Source: Waterburya sp. (GTDB lineage Bacteria; Cyanobacteriota; Cyanobacteriia; Cyanobacteriales; Xenococcaceae). Taken from it: a stretch of 64,000 nt of DNA. Where the stretch lies: positions 1,984,001-2,048,000 of the forward strand of contig CBDCJV010000002.1 in the NCBI GenBank assembly GCA_965217895.1, given 5' to 3'. Position numbers and translations under genes: made by a program. A model generated the notes under the pieces. That model did not search any database, was not told the origin of the DNA, and worked only from the letters and a program-made list of their open reading frames with translations. Shown here piece after piece: positions 8,977 through 18,195 of this stretch (its first letter is position 1; each line of letters begins with the position of its first letter).

Positions 8977-10485
8977 TTACCTATTGCTTATCCCTGGGGA
9001 CTCCTGTGATTCAATTAATTTCCTAACTTGTTTTTCCCAGTCTCTACCAATTTGGATAGTAATGTCAGATCCTAAAACTCCAGTGCTTTCTACTACAACA
9101 TCCCCCACACCTAAAATCGAGCGTACTTCTTGAGCAGCATCATCATCTCCTGACTGAGCAATTACTCTAGTTTGCCCTAAGGGTTCTTGCCAATTCTTAC
9201 TGGCAGATACTCTTGTATAACCTGCTTCTCTAAGGGCATCTAAAGCAGACTGCAATGCCTTTTGGTTATCGATACTGTCCTGTACATAAATTCTGAGGCG
9301 AGGATTAAGGATGGTAGGAGTATTAGTATTGTTTAGACTAGCGTAGCGGTTATTAGAAAGTGCTTCTTCTTCATTCTTCGGCAGATTAAAATGCTGAGTC
9401 ATCAACTTGTGGATAGCTCGATCATTGGGCAACCAATAGCTAACGGGTTCATTTCCACTATTAAAATCTCCTGGTAACATCATCATCTTGATGTTGTGTC
9501 TGTCAATTTTGGAGGCAAAATTAGCCAACGCCATTAATTCTCTAACGCTGAGGTTAGTATCCAAATGAGATTGAATTACGGAAAGTAGTTTGGGTATCTT
9601 GATTACCGTAGCAGGCTTAAGAGTTTGCTCCACCGCAGCGCGCATCAGCATTTGCTGACGCTGTACCCTAGAAATATCGCCAAACTCATCATAGCGAAAA
9701 CGTAAAAATTGCATCGCCTTATCGCCGTCTAAATGCTGAATTCCTTTTTTTAAATTGATATAAAGATGCTGGCTAAAGTCTGTGTACTTCATGTCTTTAG
9801 GCACGTCAACCGTTACGCCACCCAAAGCATCAATTAATTTTTCTACTCCCTGAACATTGACCCTTACATAGCGATCAATTTTAACCCCGTCGAGTAAATT
9901 ACTGGCAACCTCAGCAGTTAAGGCAGGACCTCCATATGTATTGGCGTGGTTAATTTTTCTAACTCCATGACCATCAATATAAACGCGAGTATCTCTAGGA
10001 ATAGAAAGTACAGAAACTTTTTCTTTCTTAGGGTCAAACCTTACCAGCAACATACTGTCACTTAGACCGTCAAAAGAGTTAACCAGATGAAGATAGCCAA
10101 CATTTTTTTTATCATATTTTATGCCTTGATCGTCAAGATCAGAGGTAATTACCTTGATGCCCATAACTAAAATATTTACAGGGCGAGATAATTCTGGTAG
10201 GTTAAGATTTTCGGCGGTTACGGTTTCTCCTTTATTGAAAACCTTTTGCTCCTCGTTGCTCAATTGTGCTTGTTGTAGTGGAGAAGCAGTAGATAAAGCA
10301 ACGGCTAAAAACGCCCCTACGGCTGCTGAAACCATAGAAACACCAGCTAAACCAAGTCCAACTAAAATCGCTCTTCCTTTATTCAATTTTCTTTTATGGC
10401 TTTTAGAGTGGTGATTTGCAGAATGACCTTGAATAGGCTGCTGTCCTCCTGAAGGAGTAGACCGATAAGCTTTTCTAACTGACAC
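8977..10485 (-). CDS. LCP (LytR-CpsA-Psr) family protein with LytR_C domain
   Basis: N-terminal TM; SDSMLL, SIPRDT, IDALGGV, LRFR.D and RVQRQQ motifs. Confidence 0.92.
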   Translation of the reverse strand: MSVRKAYRSTPSGGQQPIQGHSANHHSKSHKRKLNKGRAILVGLGLAGVSMVSAAVGAFLAVALSTASPLQQAQLSNEEQKVFNKGETVTAENLNLPELSRPVNILVMGIKVITSDLDDQGIKYDKKNVGYLHLVNSFDGLSDSMLLVRFDPKKEKVSVLSIPRDTRVYIDGHGVRKINHANTYGGPALTAEVASNLLDGVKIDRYVRVNVQGVEKLIDALGGVTVDVPKDMKYTDFSQHLYINLKKGIQHLDGDKAMQFLRFRYDEFGDISRVQRQQMLMRAAVEQTLKPATVIKIPKLLSVIQSHLDTNLSVRELMALANFASKIDRHNIKMMMLPGDFNSGNEPVSYWLPNDRAIHKLMTQHFNLPKNEEEALSNNRYASLNNTNTPTILNPRLRIYVQDSIDNQKALQSALDALREAGYTRVSASKNWQEPLGQTRVIAQSGDDDAAQEVRSILGVGDVVVESTGVLGSDITIQIGRDWEKQVRKLIESQESPGISNR

Positions 10486-10723
10486 TGAATACCCTCACGC
10501 TAAATAAAGAAATATAGAATACACTACTAAAAAATTCAAATATATATATACAAATATTAATCGATCAATGGTAACAGGTATTTGCTATAAAAAAAACTTG
10601 TTACAGGATTGCCTTTAATTAGTTACCCAATTTTATTTGACCCACTACTTATACTATTTTAGAAAACCTTTTTGGTTTCAGCTTCCTCATTAGGGTAACG
10701 ATAGTTTAGATAAGTGGCAATTT

Positions 10724-11119
10724 TCAGGATTTATTTTCTAAAAATAGGGCTGAATTCATTTTCTTGATTTCAGCCGTTGGGGACAAGCTTTTTTTACCAA
10801 GACTAGCCATTAACAAAGTACAGGTTACAAAATATCCCGTAGTCAGAATGGCGTTGGCATAAAGCAAGCGAAAGGACACGAGATCTACAGCATTAGCTGC
10901 ACCCAAAGAGAGTAAAGAATAAGAACCTAACCAAACTAAAATTAAAGAAATAGCTAAACGGCTAACTTTTTGTTGTTCACGATCTACTGTGCTTTGTATC
11001 TGGTTTTGAGGGTGGTACATAGTCCAAAGAGCAGGAATTACCCCCACAATAGGTAACAAATAAATCCACAGTTTGAGATGTCGCTCTATTTGTCCTGGGG
11101 AACGATGTGGATGATTCAT
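10724..11119 (-). CDS. Hypothetical cyanobacterial membrane protein
   Basis: Three hydrophobic segments (IYLLPIVGVIPALWT...); start set at the ATG at 11119 to avoid overlapping mobA. Confidence 0.65.
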   Translation of the reverse strand: MNHPHRSPGQIERHLKLWIYLLPIVGVIPALWTMYHPQNQIQSTVDREQQKVSRLAISLILVWLGSYSLLSLGAANAVDLVSFRLLYANAILTTGYFVTCTLLMASLGKKSLSPTAEIKKMNSALFLENKS

Positions 11120-11150
11120 AATTGTTTTTCCATATATAAATCTAAATCTG

Positions 11151-11762
11151 GTGAAAAGATCGATCAAAGACAAGATTACAGCACTTGTTTTGGCTGGAGG
11201 CGAAAGTTCTCGTATGGGACAAGATAAAGCCTTGTTAGCCATTAAAAACAAAACTTTGCTGTCTCAAATTTGTTTAACTGCTAGTGAATGCGTTGCTCAA
11301 GTTTATGTAGTCACACCCTGGATTGAAAAATACCAGGAAATTTTACCTCCAGACTGTCAGCTAATTGAGGAAAAGCTAGTTTTAAATGCTAAATCCAACA
11401 CGCCTTTGATTGGCTTTGCACAAGGATTAAAGATAGTTAATACAAAATGGGTATTGTTATTAGCTTGTGACCTGCCTCAGTTGTCTTCGTCTCAAGTAAA
11501 ACAGTGGTCGCAAATTTTGGCAACAGTATTACCCACAGAAATTGCTTTGTTACCCCGTCATCCTAAAGGTTGGGAGCCTTTGTGTGGTTTTTATCGTTCT
11601 AGTTGCTTGTCGTTGTTAGAATCTTATCTATACGATGGTGGTCAATCTTTTCAAGACTGGCTTAATAAGTACCCTGTCAGAGAATTATCGACTAGCGATC
11701 GCGCTTGTTTATTTAACTGTAACACTCCTGATGACTGGAAATTGTTCCAAGAAAAGAAATAA
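11151..11762 (+). CDS. mobA: Molybdenum cofactor guanylyltransferase
   Basis: LAGGESSRMGQDKA, LACDLP, WEPLCGFY and FNCNTPDDW motifs. Confidence 0.93.
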   Translation: MKRSIKDKITALVLAGGESSRMGQDKALLAIKNKTLLSQICLTASECVAQVYVVTPWIEKYQEILPPDCQLIEEKLVLNAKSNTPLIGFAQGLKIVNTKWVLLLACDLPQLSSSQVKQWSQILATVLPTEIALLPRHPKGWEPLCGFYRSSCLSLLESYLYDGGQSFQDWLNKYPVRELSTSDRACLFNCNTPDDWKLFQEKK

Positions 11763-11824
11763 AAGCAAATTTTTTTTGACACAGATTACTATGGGTTTCT
11801 AACTAGATGTGGTTTAGTATCACT

Positions 11825-12138
11825 CTAAAGCTGAACAAAATTGGTACACTTTTTATTGCTTTGGAGTGGTTCAGCGCAGGCTCGAATTTCGATATCTTTA
11901 CCTGAAGCCATGTCTGCATAATGTCTTTGCTACTGATCTACAGGAACAACAGCCGTACCATATTTCTTTCCTTGGCATTCTTCAATATAGTGACTTGAAC
12001 CAGGAGGAGCTTCAGTTCTTGCCCAAGTAGCCTGACAAATTGGCGAGTAACGAATTTCTAATCTATAAGCTTTAAGTAGATCTGGCTTAAGCTGATAGTT
12101 GCCAGTATCTGAGGTGATAGTTTGAGAAATGCGATCGC
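11825..12138 (-). pseudogene. DUF2690-like protein fragment
   Basis: LEIRYSPICQATWAR motif; internal stop and terminal frameshift; the frame begins at HIP1 12131-12138. Confidence 0.65.
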
Positions 12139-12208
12139 CGATATTTTTCTTAACTGAAAGATGACCAAGGTAATCAAAGCTAGCAAGCAGACCAATTTAA
12201 AATCAATT

Positions 12209-12757
12209 TTAGTCGAATAATAAATACCAAGATTCTCTGGTAAGTTGCCACTCAATTTGATTCCAGCCGCGATCGCTCATCCAATCTGGACTAGGGCGTG
12301 TGCCAATTTTAATAAAACCATATCGCTTTGCCAAACGCGCAACCCGCAAATTTGCACTGACAGAAATACCTCTAATCTCTTTTAAACCCAGATCGTTAAA
12401 ACCAAACTCAATTAAAGCTTTGCCAACTTCAATTGCATAAGCGTAACGACTCCAAAACTGCGGTGCTAATTCAATTCCCATTTCCGCCTTATGCGAATCG
12501 TAATTCTCGCGACGTAGCCCACAACAACCGATTAAATTTAAGTTTCGGCGATCGATAATAGCAAGTTGATAATTGCAACGGGGACTTTCAGTTGCCCATT
12601 GAGTAAAAAGATTGAGTAATTCTCCTGTATGGCTAGGTGATACCTCTTCTGGCGCACAAAACTCAGCATATTTGGGATCGCCATGATAGGCAAAAAATGC
12701 TGATTCATCTTTTTGGATAAAGTCTCGTAGAAGAAATCTATTGGTAAAAATCTCCAT
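12209..12757 (-). CDS. GNAT family N-acetyltransferase (RimJ/RimL-like)
   Basis: TNRFLLRDF, LIGCCGL, AEMGIEL, FGFNDLGL..I motifs. Confidence 0.85.
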   Translation of the reverse strand: MEIFTNRFLLRDFIQKDESAFFAYHGDPKYAEFCAPEEVSPSHTGELLNLFTQWATESPRCNYQLAIIDRRNLNLIGCCGLRRENYDSHKAEMGIELAPQFWSRYAYAIEVGKALIEFGFNDLGLKEIRGISVSANLRVARLAKRYGFIKIGTRPSPDWMSDRGWNQIEWQLTRESWYLLFD

Positions 12758-12776
12758 ATCATTTTCAAGTAAAAAC

Positions 12777-13268
12777 TTAAGCTAAACGGAAAGCGATCGC
12801 AAATGCTGTTGTTGCTCCAAATGCTGCTATTGTGCGAACATGATTCCAAAGTGTCCAGTTCGTTAGGTATTTAGCCCATAAACTTGCGCCTTCAGCACTA
12901 CTCGGATCGACTTTTGCTAAAGCATCGTTTAACGGTACATTAAAGGCGATCGTTACTCCAACAGTACCAACGATATAAAGTAAGCTGCCAACGAGTAAGT
13001 AGATTGAATTTGGTTGATGAAACTTTAACAGAGAAAAAACAGCTAGAAAAAGGCAAACTACAGCCGTACCAAACAATGCGGTCATAAACAAGGGATTAAT
13101 TACAGTAATGTTAATAGACTGCATGGCAACAATACCCTCTGAAGGTTTTAGTCGAGCAAGAGCTTTCATCACAAAAGACGAGAAAGCAAAAAAAACTCCA
13201 GCCACTAGTCCAGTTCCCAGTATGGCAAAAAGCTGTAATAACAAAAATGATTTATTATTTATCAGCAT
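12777..13268 (-). CDS. DUF1772 / anthrone oxygenase family membrane protein
   Basis: GLVAGVFFAFS..VM.AL, AMQSIN, NVPLN..L and WNHVRT motifs; start placed at ATG 13268. Confidence 0.85.
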   Translation of the reverse strand: MLINNKSFLLLQLFAILGTGLVAGVFFAFSSFVMKALARLKPSEGIVAMQSINITVINPLFMTALFGTAVVCLFLAVFSLLKFHQPNSIYLLVGSLLYIVGTVGVTIAFNVPLNDALAKVDPSSAEGASLWAKYLTNWTLWNHVRTIAAFGATTAFAIAFRLA

Positions 13269-13344
13269 ATAAATCTCCGATGATTGTGCTAATTCATTTT
13301 TAGATAATTTAGCAGTGAGAAAGGCAATCGGGTAAATTAAGAAA

Positions 13345-13857
13345 TTAGAGGTTATTGGGTTGTTGCCTCGGATTCCATATAAATAATTTCCCAAATATGA
13401 CCATCTAAGTCTTGAAAACCATGAGCATACATAAAACTGTGGTCTTGCGGTTCATTGTAAGTTTTCATCTACTGACCGTATTAAAGCCGTAGGAGATTGA
13501 TGCTTTTACTGCTTGGGTTGCAATTCCTCTTCCCCAATATGCTTTTGCTAAACTGTAAAGAACTTCAACTTCATCTAACTTATTTAAATAACGCAGACCA
13601 CAATAGCCAATCATTTGAAGTAAATCATCTTTTGTAATAGCCCAAATTCCATATTCTCGCTGTTGCCAATGCTCAACAAAAGATTGAAGCGATTTTTCGA
13701 CATTTTCTCTAGAAATTGGGACTCCTCAACTTGGAAGAAAACGAGTTACTTCAGGATTGCCCCAAATTGCTGTCAGAGCATCCAAATCTAATAGCTGAAT
13801 TGGTCGCATTATAAAACCGTCAATCTGCAAAACTGTTGGCTCGGCAAGATTTGTCAT
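13345..13857 (-). pseudogene. GNAT (RimJ/RimL) acetyltransferase pseudogene
   Basis: Manual translation MTNLAEP...NPEVTRFLPS*...HWQQREYGIWAI...IGYCGL...EVEVLY...YWGRGIAT with frameshifts and stops; 3' boundary approximate. Confidence 0.75.
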
Positions 13858-13964
13858 TACAATATTTTCAACTACTCTATTGTTTGTTTATAGGGCAAAT
13901 TAAACCAACATTATCGATTATTTTTCTGCATTTCTTAAGTACTTGTGGCAAAAAACCAGATTCT

Positions 13965-15347
13965 CTATTTAATTAATAAGGTAAACCAAAAAGTTGTTCC
14001 CGAACCTGGATTACTAATTACGCCGATTTCTCCACCATGAGCGTTAATAATTTGACGACAAAGATATAATCCCAATCCTAAATTTACATTACATCGCTTA
14101 CCGTATCCTTGAAAGTACCGTTTAAATAGCTGTTGGCATTGTTGGAAACTCATACCAACGCCGTCATCTTGAATTTGGCAACGGATGAATTTTTGCTCAC
14201 CTTTATTCTCGATCGCTTCAGCACTAATAGTTAAATTGACTCCTGGAGGATTATGATTTAAAGCATTAGCAATCAAGTTTTGTAAGACTCGCCATAGCTG
14301 ATGTGGATCGCCTTGAATTAGGGGTAGCTCGTCGCTAATATAGTTAGTAATCGCAGCTCGATTTTTGCTAATTAATGGTTCTAATTCGGTAATAAGATCG
14401 GCGACTAAATAACTTAGTTGCAGTGACTCAAGCTTGATCGCAAATCCCTGTACTTTATTTCCATAAATTTCTAGAAGAGAATCGATTAAGTTTAATTGGC
14501 GATCGCTTCCTTGAATCATTCTTTCAATCACACGGCGCGGTACGGGTACTAGATCGGATTCTGGTTGAGCATGGCGATGATTTTCCAATAAACTATTCAG
14601 CGTTAACACCATTCCCGTAACTGGATTGCGTAGATCGTGGGAAACGGCGTGTAAAAAAAGCTGAATTTCACGACGAGATTCTAATTCAGCAGATTTGAGA
14701 CGTTCGTATAAATATACTCCCAGATTACAAATCAGACAAATCCAAGCAATATAAATAGGAACTGTGGGTAAATAAGATAAGGTTCTGGCTTCAACCAAGC
14801 CCATTCCTATGTTAACTACAAAAAAGTAAATTAATACTCCTAATTGAGAGAGTAAATGTAGTCGCCAGCGCACGGGAATAAAAATTGCCTGAGTTAAAAA
14901 TACTAAAGTCCAAAACCAAACTTGTTCGTTAGCTGCGCCTACTAAAGTAAGTAAAATTTGGTCAACCAAAGTAATCGACCAAGAAGTGCCGATAAAAACT
15001 ACTCCTGGATGATTTTTGCCGAATTTACTGCGATGCAAAGCCAAACACCCGATTAAGCAAATGGCGATCGCAGCTTCGATAACTAAATTGTAGCTTTCGC
15101 AAAGTTCCGAACCATTAGTACATTCGCGAATACTTAAACTCAAAAGCGCGAAACTTGCCACACAAAACAAAGCAATCCCAATGACTAAGGGCAATCTTTG
15201 ATATAGAAAATAGTTACGCCAGGTTTGCTCGTCTAAACTAAGATCGTTTTCTATAATTAAATCAGACGAAAAAATCGTTGTATTCAAAAGAATCTGAATT
15301 TTTTTGGCAAACCTTTTTTTGGCTCTTAGTAAACTGACTATAGGCAT
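13965..15347 (-). CDS. Membrane-bound sensor histidine kinase
   Basis: 5-6 TM helices; H-box VSHDLRNP, N-box NLIANA, DDGVG and GLGLYLC. Confidence 0.92.
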   Translation of the reverse strand: MPIVSLLRAKKRFAKKIQILLNTTIFSSDLIIENDLSLDEQTWRNYFLYQRLPLVIGIALFCVASFALLSLSIRECTNGSELCESYNLVIEAAIAICLIGCLALHRSKFGKNHPGVVFIGTSWSITLVDQILLTLVGAANEQVWFWTLVFLTQAIFIPVRWRLHLLSQLGVLIYFFVVNIGMGLVEARTLSYLPTVPIYIAWICLICNLGVYLYERLKSAELESRREIQLFLHAVSHDLRNPVTGMVLTLNSLLENHRHAQPESDLVPVPRRVIERMIQGSDRQLNLIDSLLEIYGNKVQGFAIKLESLQLSYLVADLITELEPLISKNRAAITNYISDELPLIQGDPHQLWRVLQNLIANALNHNPPGVNLTISAEAIENKGEQKFIRCQIQDDGVGMSFQQCQQLFKRYFQGYGKRCNVNLGLGLYLCRQIINAHGGEIGVISNPGSGTTFWFTLLIK

Positions 15348-15386
15348 AAAAAAGTTTTAATTCACATTGTTATGAGCGATCGCTTA

Positions 15387-15635
15387 TCACGCTACCATCA
15401 TGCCATTTTTCCAAAGCTCATACTCACTCAGATCGATATCTTCATTCCACACAATCCCGTAGCCCCCTTGCTCAACCTTAAAGTTTTTGAAAAATGCAGG
15501 TTGACGAAGTGGAGCAAATATGGGATTTTCTAAAAGATGGAAAATATCACATTTCTTGACTTCTTGATTGGTAAATTTAATCACTAAGGTGCGATCGTTA
15601 ATTGCTTCTGCCTTGCAAATTCGAGGGCATTTCAT
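15387..15635 (-). CDS. DUF2442 domain protein (orphan)
   Basis: L.IKFTN.E.K..D, F.PL....FF...V..GGYGIVW...DL pattern. Confidence 0.8.
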   Translation of the reverse strand: MKCPRICKAEAINDRTLVIKFTNQEVKKCDIFHLLENPIFAPLRQPAFFKNFKVEQGGYGIVWNEDIDLSEYELWKNGMMVA

Positions 15636-15682
15636 ACTATTTTTAGTCTACTTTTCTGCATTGTAGTAAGAGATAGGGTTTG

Positions 15683-16168
15683 TCAAGTGCGATCGCCATT
15701 TTCAGGTATTTCAACTAAGACAGAAAGCACCAGCGCAGCCAACCCCATAATCTTAATAATGGCATTTGTGGCATGGGTATATTCCCATTGGTTACGATAT
15801 TTCATCCAATCCACTGGAAATGATGTTGGTGTCCATTTAGCTAGTTCGGCATTGACAGGTGCGATAAACGCGAACCAAAGCATGAGTGCCAGTACCACAC
15901 AAATTGCTCCTACTAAAGTCCAATAGAAAGTTACACCACGTCTAAATAAAAGTAAAACCAAAACAATCGCCGTGAGTACCGAGCCAACTTCAATAACTGC
16001 ACCAACAGTACCAAAAAGATAATATAAACCTTTAGTAGTTATTGTTATCCAAAGTTGCGCGTCAAAATAAAAAACTCTGGGTGGTAGCTCTAATAAATGG
16101 CAAAAAGACAATCCCGTACTGAGAGCAGTCAGCATAATAGAGACAAAACGCCATGCTTTTATCGGCAT
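15683..16168 (-). CDS. DUF1772-like membrane protein
   Basis: HLLELP, PVNAEL..W and W..YRNQWEYTH motifs; start placed at ATG 16168. Confidence 0.75.
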   Translation of the reverse strand: MPIKAWRFVSIMLTALSTGLSFCHLLELPPRVFYFDAQLWITITTKGLYYLFGTVGAVIEVGSVLTAIVLVLLLFRRGVTFYWTLVGAICVVLALMLWFAFIAPVNAELAKWTPTSFPVDWMKYRNQWEYTHATNAIIKIMGLAALVLSVLVEIPENGDRT

Positions 16169-16245
16169 ATTTACGCTCTTTTCTTTAAGATACATTTGAT
16201 TTCTCTCCAGCCGTCGAACTTTTAAAAAGCTTGACACAAATCAAA

Positions 16246-16923
16246 TTATGGCTTAAATCCCCAACAGGCATAGCTAGTTGCCCTAGCTAATCCAAGCGGA
16301 AATTGCTGAAAGCGAATATCTTTTAAACCAGCATCAGTCATTATTTCAGCTAAATCTTTTTGAGTAAGACAATTATTGCCCCAGTGTAATTGGACACAGG
16401 AGCTTAATAACCCCCAACGGCTGACTGACAAAATTAGTGGAGCTTGAGGTTTAAGTATTCTGACCATTTCCTTTAGTCCGACTATTGGTTCTGGTAAATG
16501 CTCCAAAACATGAGCAGCAATGACAAGATCGAAGCTGTTATCTGCAACAGGAATTGCTATTAAATTAGCGCGAGTTATTCGAGCCTTGATTCGAGCCTGT
16601 TGCAGATTTTGTTGTGCCGTTAGCAGCATTTGCGGAGAAATATCGACCCCAGTAACATTTAACCGACTCTGAATTTGTGCTAAAGCCAAGCTAAAAGCTG
16701 CTGTGCCAATACCACAATCGCAGACAGTTGAATTTCCTCCCAGCTTTATTACGCCCGATGCTTGAAGCGACTCAAACAAGCTAAGATAAGCACGAAAATA
16801 TCCCAATCGTAGAATTTGATGATGCCAGTTGCGAGCAGCGTCATCGTACATAGATTTTATCTGGTCGTAAGTCGGATAAACTCGCTGAACCGAAATTTGC
16901 CACCAGCCAACTGTGAGTTTCAT
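16246..16923 (-). CDS. Class I SAM-dependent methyltransferase
   Basis: DCGIGTA, GVDISPQML, FDLV...HVLEH and RILKP motifs. Confidence 0.88.
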   Translation of the reverse strand: MKLTVGWWQISVQRVYPTYDQIKSMYDDAARNWHHQILRLGYFRAYLSLFESLQASGVIKLGGNSTVCDCGIGTAAFSLALAQIQSRLNVTGVDISPQMLLTAQQNLQQARIKARITRANLIAIPVADNSFDLVIAAHVLEHLPEPIVGLKEMVRILKPQAPLILSVSRWGLLSSCVQLHWGNNCLTQKDLAEIMTDAGLKDIRFQQFPLGLARATSYACWGFKP

Positions 16924-16998
16924 AAAATTAATCTGATGTAACCTCGAACTGTCTTAAAATTACACCAAGCAGCAAAGAGCGCACTTCCTGCGACTGGC

Positions 16999-17014
16999 TC
17001 ACTCGATTGGGTGA
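16999..17014. promoter_or_regulatory. Candidate NarL/LuxR-type response regulator operator
   Basis: Imperfect palindrome TCACTC-N4-GGGTGA about 76 bp upstream of the methyltransferase start. Confidence 0.4.
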
Positions 17015-17046
17015 TATTAATTAAATTGAGCTAGATGGAATAATAA

Positions 17047-17703
17047 CTATAGCAGCCCCGACCTCAGAGCGATTACAGCAGCTTGAACGCGATCGCTCAC
17101 AGCTAGTTTATTCATTACTCCCTTAACGTGAGTTTTCACGGTGTTAGTACTTAAATAAAGTTGAGCAGCAATTTCAGGGTTGCTACAGCCTTCGACAATC
17201 AGTTTTAATACTTCTAGTTCTCGCGAAGATAAGTTAGCACTGCTCGATGTCTGCGGTGATGGCGATTTAAGATTACCCATTACTTGTTGGGCAATTTGCG
17301 GATCGAGATAAACCCCTCCATCTTGGGCAATGGCGATCGCTGTTAATAATCGCTCTACTTTGACTCCTTTGATACAGTAAGCATCTGCACCACTAGCAAG
17401 AGCAGCGATTACTTCGGTTTTATTGGTATGAGAAGTTAGTATTACTACCCGAACCTTAGGCAAAGCTTTTTTAATCTCTTGGGTAACGGCTATGCCATCG
17501 AGGCGAGGTAAGCCAATATCGACGATCGCTAAATCGGGCTGAAACTTAATTGCATCTTCTACAGCTAAATAGCCGTCATCACTAAATCCTACTATCTCCC
17601 ACTCGGATTTTTTTGCTAGAATTTGTTCCAATCCCATTTGCATCATCGGATCGTCTTCAACAATTAAGACCCTTAGTTTGGAAGAATTAGATTGAAGATT
17701 CAT
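17047..17703 (-). CDS. NarL/LuxR family DNA-binding response regulator
   Basis: REC domain (VEDD, VDIGLP, YCIK) plus LSSRELEVL...IAAQLYLSTNTVKTHV HTH. Confidence 0.93.
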   Translation of the reverse strand: MNLQSNSSKLRVLIVEDDPMMQMGLEQILAKKSEWEIVGFSDDGYLAVEDAIKFQPDLAIVDIGLPRLDGIAVTQEIKKALPKVRVVILTSHTNKTEVIAALASGADAYCIKGVKVERLLTAIAIAQDGGVYLDPQIAQQVMGNLKSPSPQTSSSANLSSRELEVLKLIVEGCSNPEIAAQLYLSTNTVKTHVKGVMNKLAVSDRVQAAVIALRSGLL

Positions 17704-17723
17704 CTTAATTTTGCCTCACCTAC

Positions 17724-17949
17724 CTACCGAGTTTGAAAGATATTCTTTCTGTATCATTGGCTTGTCTATTCGGGCTGCTGCACGATCTAATTCTGCTACT
17801 TCTCTTGCGTCTAGTTGCCAGTCTTTAGCAGCAATATTTTCTTGCGTTTGTTGAATATTCTTTGCTCCAGGAATGAGAATTGCACCTTTAGCGATGCACC
17901 AGTTGATAGCTACTTAAGACATAGTTTTCTGGCGGTATAAAGCGATCGC
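17724..17949 (-). pseudogene. Aldo/keto reductase C-terminal fragment
   Basis: AIA..RQKTMS*VAINWCIAKGAILIPGAKNIQQ..EN...DWQL; begins at or next to HIP1 17942-17949. Confidence 0.75.
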
Positions 17950-18021
17950 CTGTATTCTCAAACTAGAGTAATGCGTAGCGTTGCCATGTCTTAAGTTTAT
18001 CGCTTTTTGCTGAGATGTAGC

Positions 18022-18089
18022 GCGATCGCGCTTGTTTATTTAACTGCAATACTCCTGATGACTGGCAAATGTTTAGACAAAAGGATTGA
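18022..18089 (+). pseudogene. Displaced second copy of the mobA 3' end
   Basis: Translates DRACLFNCNTPDDWQMFRQKD*, versus DRACLFNCNTPDDWKLFQEKK* at the end of mobA. Confidence 0.85.
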
Positions 18090-18195
18090 GGTGTTTTATT
18101 TTAGTAAAGGTTGCAAAAGTTAAAATAGTCGATAGAATCGGGAATAATATTTTTCTGATGAGATCTTCTTTTTATTCTTAATTCTTACCAACAAA

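Larger units (their letters stand above)
11695..18089. mobile_element. Integrase-free genomic island flanked by a duplicated mobA 3' end
   Basis: Direct repeat 11695-11762 / 18022-18089 (57/68 identical by manual alignment), both copies starting at GCGATCGC; all cargo genes on the minus strand. Confidence 0.8.
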
